64,000 nucleotides of DNA from Anthoceros angustus (GCA_010909165.1 MU008161.1:2046001-2110000), one strand, 5' to 3'; counted from the first letter of the stretch, positions 1 through 11,418 are shown. A program made the numbers and translations. Notes: a model not told the origin generated them from the sequence alone.

Positions 1-69
1 TGTTATACACCAAGTCCCATGACGGAAATCGTCCTTAGTGGACTTGAATAAAATTCTTCTTTTTTTCTA
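1..69 (+). repeat. 3' end of a dispersed repeat (retroposon-like tail AATAAAATTCTTCT...)
   Basis: CAAGTCCCATGACGGAAATCGTCCTTAGTGGACTTGAATAAAATTCTTCT closely matches 16811-16885, and the tail also appears at about 3731-3765. Confidence 0.6.
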
Positions 70-283
70 AATAGATAAAGCCACATATTAAACTCAAACT
101 CATGAGATAAAAAGTACCCGTGAGATTATTTATCTATATAATTTAATATCTAGTATACACACATTATTAAAAATTTAATAAATAGATAAAACCACACACG
201 TGCACATCTATGCATATAAATTATATTTGATCCTAAGTAATCCTAATAAATTACTGTAGACTGCTCTCGTCTACGATGGTAGG

Positions 284-522
284 TCAGCCCGTCCTCCTAA
301 GGTTTTGCTTAGCAATGTGTGGTCCCAGCTTCTCTTGCACGGCTGAGGCTTTGGCTCAAAAATCAATCAGCCCGTCCCCCTAAGGTTTTGCTTAGCAATG
401 TGTGGTCCCAGCTTCTCTTGGCACGGCTGAGGCTTTGGCTCAAAATTCTCCAACCAAGTTCAAAAGTAAAAAATGGACTGTATACAGCCGGAATTCTTGT
501 GTATACAGCCGGAATTCTTGTG
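284..522 (+). repeat. Local tandem duplications (2 x ~84 bp, then 2 x 21 bp)
   Basis: TCAGCCCGTCC..TAAGGTTTTGCTTAGCAATGTGTGGTCCCAGCTTCTCTTG..GCTCAAAA occurs twice, and TGTATACAGCCGGAATTCTTG occurs twice. Confidence 0.85.
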
Positions 523-824
523 CTCGTGCCTGGCCTCTAGTGAAAACCTCATTGCCTGTGAACCCAACCCCCCTTGGTCACCCTCCACATGAGTGCGTTA
601 GTAGCCCAACCCCTTTCTAGCTTCAGGTTTGGCATCATGCCGCTAGGGAAGTAGTCTTTTGCTCTACACTGCACAGATCTGGCTTTCCTTATGAAGTAAA
701 GTTTCACCAAAAAAAATGAAAGCACAAACTCAAAAAACAAATCAGCTACGCATATACACGGGGGCAACCCTCCAACTCTTCCATGTGATTCAAACTTCAA
801 AACCATACACTGACATCCAGAAGT

Positions 825-2448
825 CTCACATGATGCACCCACATTCATGAGGATCATGCGAGACTCTGGTCCATGCACAAAGCGGGAAAGCAACCTTCAG
901 AGACCTTTTTATGGACTCCAGTCGTGGACTCGAACAATGCAACCGTGCGCTATCGTCAATATGTACTGAAATATGGGACCCGGCCGACCCTTGGCTGTTT
1001 CCAGGCGTTGCTTTGAAGAGAGGATATGTCAGAGGACGCCTTCATGAGGCTACTAGTATTCTACAATTTGCTTCTGCCAAGTTGGTGGCTAAAAGGGAAC
1101 CCAGGAACAACGACTTCTTGACATTCAGACGTTGCAGCTGGAGCCGGGCCTGTAACGAAGACGCCACGCGCAACCCAGCAATCGGCACAGCTGTTGTCTT
1201 CAAAAGGACTACAGAGATAAGCTCCGAGCATAGCTCTCTGGAGGCAGCAAGAGATACCAGTTTTTCAACTCGAGATCTACACAGTAGCATCTTCAGGAGC
1301 TTGCCGATATGGAAGCATGCTCTGGACGCTCCCCTGGCAAAGATTGCATAGCCACAATGATGCTGTTGCTGTTGCTCCTCCTCTCTCTCTTGGGTTTAGC
1401 GATGGCCTCAAATGACCTCTCTGGTATGTGAAAATCTGCTTGTGCTGGATGGACGGTTCCAAATTGCTTCGTGTCCTGCCAACCCCTTCATTGCCTTCGC
1501 ACAATGCAGGATCTGGTAGCAAAAAGCTCCTTCAACCGCAACCGCCCAGTCCCACTTGGTACAGTGGCCGTGCTGATGAACTGCAGGTGAGAATGTCATG
1601 AGTTTCTGTTTGTTAGACTCGGAAAGGTTTCCAGTGAGGTAACAGCTGCAGCACCATTTTGCAGCTTGATATGCGTCGCAAGCGTCTGAGATCCTCCCCT
1701 TTCACCCTTCAGACGCCACCACTTGCATCAAGTGTGTGGGAACGTAATCCATCACGTGTGGTGGACCCTCCATCGCCACACCCGCCACCCTCTGTTCCTC
1801 ATTAGTGAAGACTGTGGGAAAACCACCATCTCCCCTATAATATGACAAGGTGCCAGGGAACAGAGTGCATTTGTCGGCATGGAGACCATACATAGTCTGT
1901 GAGTGAGCATCCCCATATGGACATTTCCCATCGGTGAAGTGATGCACGAGGTGGGCGTCTCTGACTAAAATAACTCGGCCTTTAAGCGTGGACAGGCTCT
2001 TTGTGCTGCTATGGCAGTCGTCGCACATACGAAGGTTTTTGGTGACCAGCAAAGTGGTGCAATATGGAGTGTTGAGGAGACCAAAAACCCAATGCCAGCT
2101 TCTCAGCATGTCCACATAGAGAGTCTAGGCTTTCTAAGTGTCAGTGACATGTGAAGATTTGAACGCCAGTTCTGTTCTTCCTTCATGGCCTTCCGCCTCC
2201 ATATGTTGGCTGAGACATCGTAGCTTCAGATGAGCATCACAACTCTGAGCACCAATGGTAGGCAGTGAACTTATGTACTTCTGGTTCACTTCCGTTGCCG
2301 GCTTCTTCTTGGCAGCGTGGTGTTTTCTCATCCATCTCTTACTCTACGCGTCCTCCCATCTGCCAGCATTTGAGTAAATATGAGACATGACCACGAAAGC
2401 AGCAGATAGCTGTGGCTGCATCTCCACGAGCTGGTTGAAGCACAGCAT
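825..2448. repeat. Diverged segmental duplicate of 2690-3029 plus 3960-5190 (PPR 3' end and downstream DNA)
   Basis: Colinear matches: GAGACTCTGGTCCATGCACAAAG at ~860 and ~2732, TCTACACAGTAGCAT at ~1276 and ~4042, GTCGTCGCACATACGAAGGTTTT at ~2017 and ~4762. Confidence 0.85.
1901..2448 (-). pseudogene. Truncated, frameshifted copy of the E1-E2-DYW:KP C-terminus of the PPR gene at 4645-7884
   Basis: Fragments read KKKPAT.., FGLLNTPYCTTLLVTKNLRMCDDCHSSTK and HHFTDGKCPYGDAH. It has deletions and frameshifts, has lost the stop codon, and has no upstream PPR array. Confidence 0.85.
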
Positions 2449-3029
2449 TCAAGCTCCACCAGTTCTCATGGGTTCTCTTGAGCTGATTTATAGAGTTTTC
2501 GATCCCTAGTCATGCGCTTGCTCTCCATACAACACCAGTAAGGGCGTTACCTTTTTCGCTCCTACCTGCGAATTGGGCTGCGAGTGCCAGCCTTCAGGCG
2601 TATCAAACTCTGTATAGAAAGGACCAGAGTTGCGACGTCAAATAGTTGTACAAGACCACATTACACTGCCTGCAACATTACCTAGTCTCAAATGATGCAC
2701 CGACATCCATAAGCATCATGTGAGACTCTGGTCCATGCACAAAGGGAAAAGGCAACTTCACAGACTTTAGTCGGGGACTCCAGTCCTGGACTCGTACGAT
2801 ATGTCGTGAAGATCAACCATAGGCCGCAAAAGGCACGTTTCCAGCCATTGCTTCCAAGAGAGGATACGACAGAGGACGCCTACATGAGGCTACTAAAATC
2901 CTATAATTGCTGCTGCCAAGTTGGTGGCCACGGAAACCCAGAAGCAATGACTCCTTGACATTCAGAAGCTCAAGCCGGACCTGTAAAGCAGAGACCACGC
3001 GCAATCTAGCAAGCGGTTCCAGCTATTCA

Positions 3030-3945
3030 ATAGAAAACGAGCTATTCATGGCGTTTTCCTGACGGCTGATATGTTGTTTTTGACTCGGAGACCCGGTATA
3101 TGTTTGTAATAGACATACACGGGACAACGTCTCAGCATGTTATCCTCAACCCTCCATATTGGACTACGAACGTGTGCGAATGCGAAGGTTTATTCTCTCA
3201 CATGGATGTCACACACCTTCATCCCCTTAAGGATTTTTTTAGGTTTTTATTCAAGTTTGTACTTTTTTTTTTGTTAAATCTTGTACCCTTTTCTTGTATT
3301 GTGACTTTCTTCCGGCAACGTGTCATTCCCAATTGTGTTCATGGTGTTGGAGTGTCATTGCCAATAGAGTCATTCTCAATTGTGTTATGGCGTTGGAATG
3401 TCATTGCCAATAGAGTCCATCGTACTGCAGACGTTGGCGATGCGATAAGTAGGTATCCTTCATCCCTTTACATCCCCTTACATAAGAATTTTTCTAGGTT
3501 TTTGTTGAAGTTTGTACCCTTTTTTTTTGTATTGTGACCTTCTTCTGGCAACGTGTCATTCCCAACAATGTCCATGGCGTTGGAGCGTCATTGTCAATAG
3601 TGTCCATCGCGCTGCAGGCCTTGGCGATGCGATAGGTAGGTTTCCTATCCTGATCACGAAACGAAACATAGGATGGCAGCTAGGATGCGATAAGTAGGTT
3701 TCCTAAAATAAATAAAATAATAATAATAATTAGACTTAAATAAAATTCTTCTTCTTCTTCTTCTACCCTCAAAACGAAACCTTTTCAGCAAACCTTTTCC
3801 TATGCCCGACCACGAAATTCTCCGACAGGAAACCTTTTCCTATGCCCGACTACGAAATTCTGGCCTCGTGCCCTTTGTTGGATTATTCATTTTTCTTATA
3901 TGGATTTTTTCATGTTTTTTTTGACGTAAAGTCTCCATGTATGTA
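3030..3945. mobile_element. ~0.9 kb AT-rich non-autonomous insertion with internal tandem repeats
   Basis: Absent from the paralogous segment (empty site at ~1190). Flanked by imperfect direct repeats GTTCCAGCTATTCA (3016-3029) and GTTCCAGACGTTCA (3946-3959). Contains GTCATT(G/C)CCAAT repeats and a (CTT)n tail. Confidence 0.55.
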
Positions 3946-4644
3946 GTTCCAGACGTTCACTTCAAAATGACTACAAAGACAAGCTCTCCGGAGCACATCA
4001 CTATACATAATGCAGGAATACACCAGTCTTTGAACTCGAGGTCTACACAGTAGCATTTTCAGGAGCTTGTCGAGATGGAAGCCTTGTCTGAACGCTCGTG
4101 GCAAAGGTTGCATAGCCACACTGATGCTATTGCTCCTCATCTCTCTCTTAGGTTTGGCCATTTCCTCAAATGACCTCTCTGGTATGTGGAAATCTGCCTG
4201 TACTGGATAGACGGTTCCAAATTGCTTTGCGTTCTGAGCAATAATGCCAACCCCTTCATTGCCTTCGCACGACGCAGGATCTGCTAGCACAGAGCTCCTC
4301 CAACCGCCCAGTCCAGCTTGTTACAGTGGCCGTGATGATCAACTGCACGTGAGGAATGTCATGAGTTCCTGTTTGCTAGAGTCTGGAGGGATTTTAGTGA
4401 GCTAACATCCTGGCACCATTTTGCAGCTCGATCTGCGTCGCAAGCTTCTGAGATCCTCAGGAGGCCCTTCCAACATTAGGACGCCACCACTTGCATCACA
4501 AGTGTTGGCAGGCGCCCTCCACACGCACGTTCAGACACCTCTTTAGTGAAAGACTGCGGGAAAGCCACTACCTGGTTCACAACATGCCAAGGTGACAGGC
4601 AACAGAGTGCATTTGGCAGAATTGAGGCTATATACTATGGTCTG

Positions 4645-7600
4645 TCAGTGAGCATCCCCACATGTACAAGTCCCATCTGTGAAGTGATGCACGCGGTGGG
4701 CGTCTCTCACTATAATATCTCGGCCTTCAAGCCTGGACAGGATCTTTGTGCTGCTATGGCAGTCGTCGCACATACGAAGGTTTTTGGTGACCAGCAAAGT
4801 GGTGCCTTCTGGAGTGTTGAGGAGACCAAAAGCCAATGCCAGCTTCTCAGCATGTCCACACAGAGAGTCGGCTTTCTGCTTGTCAGCAACATGTGAAGCT
4901 TTGAACGCCATTTCTGTTCGTGCTTTATGGTCTTCCACCTCCATATATTGACTGAGACTGTGTAGCTTCAGATGAGCATCACAACTCTGAGCACCAATGG
5001 TGAACTTATGTACTTTCTGATTCACTTCAATCAAGGCCGTTGCCGGCTTCTTCTGGGCTCCATGGTGTGTTCTCATCTTCTCTATACTGCATGCGTCCTC
5101 CCATCTGCCAGCATTTGAGTAAATATGAGACATGAGCACGTAAGCAGCAGATAGCTGTGGCTGCACGTCCACGAGCTGGTTGAAGCACAGCCTTCCTCTC
5201 TCCACAGCGCTGTGACTTTTACAAGCACTCAGTAAAGACATCCAACCAACCGTGTCATTTCTGAAAGGCATGGTTCGTAGCACACTCTCCGCCTCATCCA
5301 ATCGTCCAGAACGCCCAAGAAGATCAACCATGGAGTTGTAGGTCTCAAGGGTTGGCATGATACCATGACCCTCTATCATTGTCTTGAAGAAGTGCAGACC
5401 TTCCTTCACCAAGCCTCCGTGACTGCATGCCACAAGAAGACAAGTGAAGGTGGCAACGTTGGGCTCAGTGCCATGTTGCTGCATCTCCTCGAAGCATCTG
5501 ATGGCCATCTCACAACGATTATGCTGGCCATATCCATTTATAAGTGCAGTCCATGTTGCAACATCTCTGATTGGCAACCTCTCAAAAACTGCAAGGGCAT
5601 CTTCCAGTCTTCCACATTTTGCATACATGTCGATCAGACTACTTCTTAAGGACACTTCTCCTTCTAGACCCCTTCCAATGATTTGAGCGTGCAACGACTT
5701 GCCTCTTTGCAGGGCTCCCAAGTTCCCACATGCCTTCACCAAACTCACAAAGGTAACCTTGTCTGGACACACTCCGTCCAGATGCATTTCTCCATAAAGA
5801 TTGAGAGCATCAACACCATAGCCATGGTTCGCACATCCTTCAATCAAGGCATTCCAGGTTACCGCATCTTTGATCAGCAACTTGTCGAAGACTGTGCATG
5901 CATCCTGCAAGCTCCCACACTTTGCATACATGTCCAGCAGCGTATTTCCAACAACCAAATCGGCCTCCAGTCCCACTTCCAAAATCTGAGCATGAATTTC
6001 TCTGCCCTTGCGTAAAGCCCCCGTGAATGCACATGCTTTTAAAACGGACACAAATGTCGACTTGTCTGCAGTCATGCATCCCTGATGCATCGTGCTATAA
6101 AGATTGAGAGCACACTCACCAAACCCATGCTCAATATGTGCTTCAATCATGGCATTCCAAGTCACTGTGTCCTTGCACGACAACCTGTCAAATAACATGC
6201 ATGCGTCTTCCAAGTTTCCACATTTAGCATACATGTACACGAGGCTATTCCCTAGAAACCAATCTTCCTCCATCTCCCGTTGCAGAAGCTGGGCATGAAT
6301 GTACTTGCCCTTTTGAATGGCTCCCACGCCTGCACACGTTTTCAACATGCACAGAAATGTAACCCTGTCAGGCGTCAGGCCATCCTGTTGCATCTGCTCA
6401 TAAAGCATCAGGGCTTCCTGTCTTAGCCCGTGTCCAGCATATCCTTCGATCATGGCATTCCAGGTAGCCACCCCTTTCATATGCAAAGTTTCAAAGACTG
6501 TTCGAGCGTCTCTCAGGCTTCCACTTTTAACATACATATGCACCAGGGTGCTTCCGATAAATGCATCTGCTTCCAGACCTCTTTCCCTGATCTGGGCATG
6601 GACCTTCTTGCCTATATCCAAGGCTTTCAAGCTGGCACATGCTTTTAGAACGCAGAGGAACGTGACATTGTTCGAGGGGGTTATGCCCTCCAGCTCCATT
6701 TCCGCATACAGATCCAAAGCCTCCTCACCCAAACCATGCTGAGCATATCCCGCAAGCATGGCATTCCAGGCCACCACGTTCTTCGTGGACAACCTTTCAA
6801 ACAGAGCACGAGCATCACTCAAGCTCCCACATTTGGTATACATATCCACCAAGGTATTTGCAACAGAAACATCCCTCTCCAGCCCCAACCTTACAATGCA
6901 GGCATGGATTTCCTTCCCCATCTCTATATCTCGAGCTCTTCCACAAGCTTTCAGACTACAAAGAAAAGTCACTTTATCTGGCGTCAGGCCATTGAGTTGC
7001 ATAACCTGATACAGCTGCAGAGCTTCCAGACCTGAGCCATGCTCGGCGTATCCTTTGATCATTGAATTCCAAGTCACCAAGTCTTTGCTTGGCATCCTGT
7101 CAAAAATTGTGCAAGCCTCCCTCAACGAACCACACCTCACGTACATATCCACCAAGGCGTTCCCCACTGCTGTGTCGAGTTCCAAACCCCTTTGAACAAT
7201 GCGTGCATGAATTCCTTTGCCGTTGTGCACAACCCCGATCCCCCCACATGCTTTTAAAACACACAGAAATGTGATCTTGTCTGGAGCCACACCGTGCTGT
7301 TCCATGCTCCAGTAGATCCCTAGTGCCTCTTCACCAAGTCCATGCTGAGCATATCCTGTTATCAAAGCATTCCAGGTAACCACATTTTTGGTGGACATCA
7401 TATCAAAAACAGCCTGAGCATCCTCCAAGCTTCCGCATCTACCATACATATCCACCAGGCTGTTCCACACAAACACGCTGGGCTCCAGCCCACATTTCTC
7501 AATGTCAGCATGGACTAGCTTGCCGGATGCCAAATCTGCAGCTCTACCACATGCTTTTAAGACTGCCACAAGTTCGTGGTCGGTAAGCCTGACAGCGGAT

Positions 7601-7884
7601 TCTCGCATTTGCCGATACAATCGAATAGCCACATCAGCCTCCGCAATTGCATTAAGTCCTGATATCCCTGAACCCCAAACCAGCGTGTCTCTGGCAGGTA
7701 TCTTGCAAGATTCCTGCTCTTTGCCTTCCACAATCGTCGGAAAAGTGTGGCTCTCATGCCCGATTGGCACAGCCCAGGCATGCACTCGCCTGCTAAGAAC
7801 AGTCCCATTTCTCTTTGCTGCAAGGCACTCCTGGAGGAACATGTATAACCCGTTTGTAAGAGCACGAAGTGCCCGCTGGCCCAT
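4645..7884 (-). CDS. PLS-class PPR protein with E1-E2-DYW:KP domain (candidate U-to-C organellar RNA editing factor), C-terminus GDAH
   Basis: 1079 aa ORF with about 7 P-L-S triplets plus P2-L2-S2, E1 and E2. KPATALIEV replaces the PG box. Contains HAEKLA, CDDCH and HHFTDGTCTCGDAH. Confidence 0.95.
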   Translation of the reverse strand: MGQRALRALTNGLYMFLQECLAAKRNGTVLSRRVHAWAVPIGHESHTFPTIVEGKEQESCKIPARDTLVWGSGISGLNAIAEADVAIRLYRQMRESAVRLTDHELVAVLKACGRAADLASGKLVHADIEKCGLEPSVFVWNSLVDMYGRCGSLEDAQAVFDMMSTKNVVTWNALITGYAQHGLGEEALGIYWSMEQHGVAPDKITFLCVLKACGGIGVVHNGKGIHARIVQRGLELDTAVGNALVDMYVRCGSLREACTIFDRMPSKDLVTWNSMIKGYAEHGSGLEALQLYQVMQLNGLTPDKVTFLCSLKACGRARDIEMGKEIHACIVRLGLERDVSVANTLVDMYTKCGSLSDARALFERLSTKNVVAWNAMLAGYAQHGLGEEALDLYAEMELEGITPSNNVTFLCVLKACASLKALDIGKKVHAQIRERGLEADAFIGSTLVHMYVKSGSLRDARTVFETLHMKGVATWNAMIEGYAGHGLRQEALMLYEQMQQDGLTPDRVTFLCMLKTCAGVGAIQKGKYIHAQLLQREMEEDWFLGNSLVYMYAKCGNLEDACMLFDRLSCKDTVTWNAMIEAHIEHGFGECALNLYSTMHQGCMTADKSTFVSVLKACAFTGALRKGREIHAQILEVGLEADLVVGNTLLDMYAKCGSLQDACTVFDKLLIKDAVTWNALIEGCANHGYGVDALNLYGEMHLDGVCPDKVTFVSLVKACGNLGALQRGKSLHAQIIGRGLEGEVSLRSSLIDMYAKCGRLEDALAVFERLPIRDVATWTALINGYGQHNRCEMAIRCFEEMQQHGTEPNVATFTCLLVACSHGGLVKEGLHFFKTMIEGHGIMPTLETYNSMVDLLGRSGRLDEAESVLRTMPFRNDTVGWMSLLSACKSHSAVERGRLCFNQLVDVQPQLSAAYVLMSHIYSNAGRWEDACSIEKMRTHHGAQKKPATALIEVNQKVHKFTIGAQSCDAHLKLHSLSQYMEVEDHKARTEMAFKASHVADKQKADSLCGHAEKLALAFGLLNTPEGTTLLVTKNLRMCDDCHSSTKILSRLEGRDIIVRDAHRVHHFTDGTCTCGDAH

Positions 7885-8096
7885 GACATTCTATGGCCCC
7901 GAGCCCTCATCCTAGAATCTGGTGCCAATCTAGAACCATCACAGAGCTTCGCGGAAATAGCAGCAGCCGAAACAGCAGCAGCCCCTGATATATCCATACA
8001 GAAAGACCAACTCACAATCTGTTGCTGTAAAGAGACGAAGACAGTCCTTCACCCTCCTCGCCTGTCGATGCACATTGAGATTGGACCTGTTTCGCG

Positions 8097-8776
8097 ATGG
8101 AAGGACCAGGACGCCTGTACCACGAGAGACAGCGTTTACAGATGTGTCTCCTTCACTCGCTCAACAACCTCCTCCAGGTATGCAGAAGGAACTTCAGACA
8201 CGGTGAGCTGATTCTCCGCTTCGATGTACTGGGAGACTACAAACAAGCTCGGTAGGATGTGTGCAGGGAGAGAGTCCTTTCACCAAAGCCGAGCTGGACA
8301 GGATCGCCGACAACCTGCCCAGCTTGGGGGAGACGCGATTTGAGCAATGGAATCCCTTGTCGCCGATTCTGAAACCGCACCGGAACGCCATCACCGGAAA
8401 CTACGATGCAGAAGTCCTTTTCGCTGCGTTGCAGAGCAGAAGCAAGGATGTGACCTGGTACGATCGGAGACACGGATCGGCAGGTTTGCAGCTGGCAGGT
8501 GCCGATCATTCCTTGGTTGGAGTGGTTGCGAACGTCTCGAAACGCAGGCTAGGTGGGCTGTGGAAAGGAAGGCACTGGGTTGCTCTGCGCAATGTCCAGG
8601 ACATCTGGTATAACCTAGACAGTGATTTGCGAGCTCCAGTGCCGTTCAAAGATGGGTGGAAGGAGGTACAGGAGTATATGGGGAAGTTGCTGGAGCAAGA
8701 AGCGGAGATCTTTGTGGTCAGAGATGTGAAAGAAATCTGCAAGCCTCAACAAAGCTTAGAGGAAGTCTCAGACTGA
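8097..8776 (+). CDS. Josephin-like (MJD family) deubiquitinase; exons 8097-8177 and 8267-8776
   Basis: Exon 1 reads MEGPGRLYHERQRLQMCLLHSLNNLLQ (catalytic Cys), followed by an 89-nt GT..AG intron. Exon 2 contains GNYDAEVL, RHWVALR (His) and WYNLDS (Asp). Confidence 0.93.
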
Positions 8777-11418
8777 ATCCCCACATGAACATAATCCCTG
8801 CCTAAAATGGTGTACACGGTGTGCATCTCTAACTATGATCTCCCTCTTTTCAATCTTGGACAAGACCTTCGTTCCGCTATGGCAGTTGTTGCACATACGA
8901 AGATTTTTAGTGATAAGCAAAGTTGTGCCATCAGGAGTGTTGAGGAGGCCAAATGCTAGGGCAAGCTTCTCAGCATGTCCACACAAGGAATCTTTCTCCT
9001 CCTGGTCAGACACTGGTTTCAATCCCATCTCTGTCTGCGGCCTGTGGCCATCCTGCAGCATTTGCAAGTTCAGACTTCTCAACTTTGAGGAGAGATCGTC
9101 CCTTTGCTCCCCAACGATGAACTCATGCACCTTGCTGTCCACTTCGATGAAAGCTGTGGCAGGCTTCTTCTCCGCCCCAGCATGTCTTCTCATTCGCTCG
9201 ATTCTGTCTACATCTTCCTGTCTTCCGGCATTGTCATAGATATTTGCCATGAGAACATAACCGGCAGCCAGTTGGGGATCGAGTGCCACAAGGCGATCGA
9301 AACACCGTCTCCCTCGCTGGATGTCTCCATGAGTTTTGCACGCACTTAGCAAGGACCTGCACCCCACAACGTCAGGTGGAAAGGGCATTGTTTGCAGCAC
9401 ATTTTCAGCCTCGTCCAAGTGCCCTGACCGTGCAAGAAGGTCCACGATGCAGTTACAGTGCTCCAGTGTGGGAGTGATGCCGTGATTGTTTACCATTGCT
9501 GTGAAATACTTTCTGCCTTCATCCACCAGACCCACATGACTGCAGGCCACCAAAAGACAGAGGTAAGTGGCACTGTTCGGCTCAACGCCATGCCGTTGCA
9601 TCTCTTCGAAACACTGAATGGCCATGTGACAATCATTTTGCTGGCCATAGCCATTGAGGAGTGCAGTCCATGTTGTGACATCTTTAGCAGGCATTTTGTC
9701 AAACACAAGGCGCGCGTCCTCCATGCTGCCACATCTACCGTACATGTCCACAAGTGTATTCCCTACGAACACGTCTCCCTCCAGACCTCTGGCCTGTATA
9801 TCAGCATGAACTTCCTTGCCCGTGTCCAAGGCTCCTACACTACCACAAGCCTTCAGAGCACATACAAATGTAACGGCATTGGCTGAATTGATGCCTTCTT
9901 GCTGCATGCACGCATAGAGATCAAGAGCATCCTGACCAAGCCCATGCTGCACATATCCGGCAATCAGCACTGTCCATGTTACTACATCTCTAAGCGGCAG
10001 ACTGTTAAACACTGCACGAGCATCATCTAGGCTCCCACATTTAGCGTACATATCCACGAGAGCACTGCCGACAAATACATCTGCTTGCACCCCCACTTCC
10101 AGAATGTTAACATGAATCTGCTTCCCTGTTTGGATGGCAGGTGCTCCTAGGCTCCCACAGGCATTCAGAATGCTAACATATGTAACTTTGTCTGGTTTCA
10201 CATTACCCTCTTGCATCCTGGCATACAGATCGAGAGCCTCCTGACTACGTCCATCCTGAGCATAGCCTGCAACCATCGTATTCCAAGCCACCACATCTCT
10301 GGATGGCAAGCTATCAAACACAGTTCGCGCGTCTGGCAAATTCTTGCATTTGGAGTACATGTCCACCAGGGCACTTCCCACAAACACATTAGACTCAAGT
10401 TGAAGATCAATGATATCCTGATGTACCAGCTTCCCAGTTGTCAAATCCGCTGCACTTGCACAGGCCTTGAGAACGGCCACAAAGACATACTCATTGGGCT
10501 GGACAGTTGATTGTCGCATCTGAGAATACAGTTTAATAGCCTGCTCAGCGTGTCCATGCTCTGCATATGCTGAAATGATGGAAGCCCACATAAAAACGTT
10601 CGGTGCATGCAATTTGCGAAACACTTGATTTGCCTCCACCAAACTCCCCAGAGAGGCATACATACGAATGAGGTGATTGGCCAGAAACGCGTTTAGTGCA
10701 TAACCACTTTCCACTGTGAGCGCATGAACCCTCCTACCAAGATCCGGATCTCTCCTCTCAATGCATCCTTTGAGGACCCGATACAACATGTCTCTCGTAA
10801 TCCAAGCCCGTTGCTCCACAAGTTCCAACACTTGTACGGCCTCATCCAGCTTTCCCTCATCACATAGCCTGCTCCAGGTCTCAGCAAGCACTCCTTCATT
10901 TCTCACCACCCTGCACTGTCCAATGCATTGCACGATGTAATTTCCTGCCCTCCAAACTCTTGAATCAAAAAAGCGTGGAGACAAATGAAGTCCAGAGGAT
11001 GAGAAATACCTTTCATCCAGACTAGGGAAAGAAGATGATTTGCACTGTACCTGGTTCGACCAGGATTCAAGCCAAGGAGCATCCCTCCTTTTGCCCTGCA
11101 CGAAGTCCGAGTCAATCCATGAAAAGGTGCTCTCGTATTCCACAACTAATCCTCAACCACCAGAGCATCATACCTTGTAGGTAGTGCTGTCAGCAATGAA
11201 ATTGTCCCACACTGCCTGACGTGCCATTGGCCCACCTGAGTGCAACCCGAAAGATTAAAACATGAACAAGCAACAGAAGGGCTGCCACAGTTCTTCAACC
11301 CAGACAGAGACCCACCCTTTCCACTGCCGGACTTGGGTAGCACTGGCAAGCTCGCCAGGCTTGAAAGGCGCCTAACCCATTCCTTCACTGGGCCACGGGG
11401 AGTAAATCTGGTCTGCAT
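8768..11418 (-). CDS. PLS-class PPR protein with E1-E2-DYW:KP domain, C-terminus GDSV; proposed exons 11418-11316, 11235-11174, 11095-8768
   Basis: PLS repeats, KPATAFIEV, HAEKLA, CNNCH and HHFRQGLCSCGDSV. The track ORF starts at GTG. Two phase-compatible GT-AG introns (80 and 78 nt) join it to ATG 11418, giving an Arg/Ser-rich N-terminus MQTRFTPRGPVKEWVRRLSSLAS. Confidence 0.9.

Noticed and set aside
4710-10899. Many 60-140 aa ORFs overlapping the two PPR genes
   Set aside because: They are antisense or alternate-frame shadows of the repetitive PPR coding sequence.
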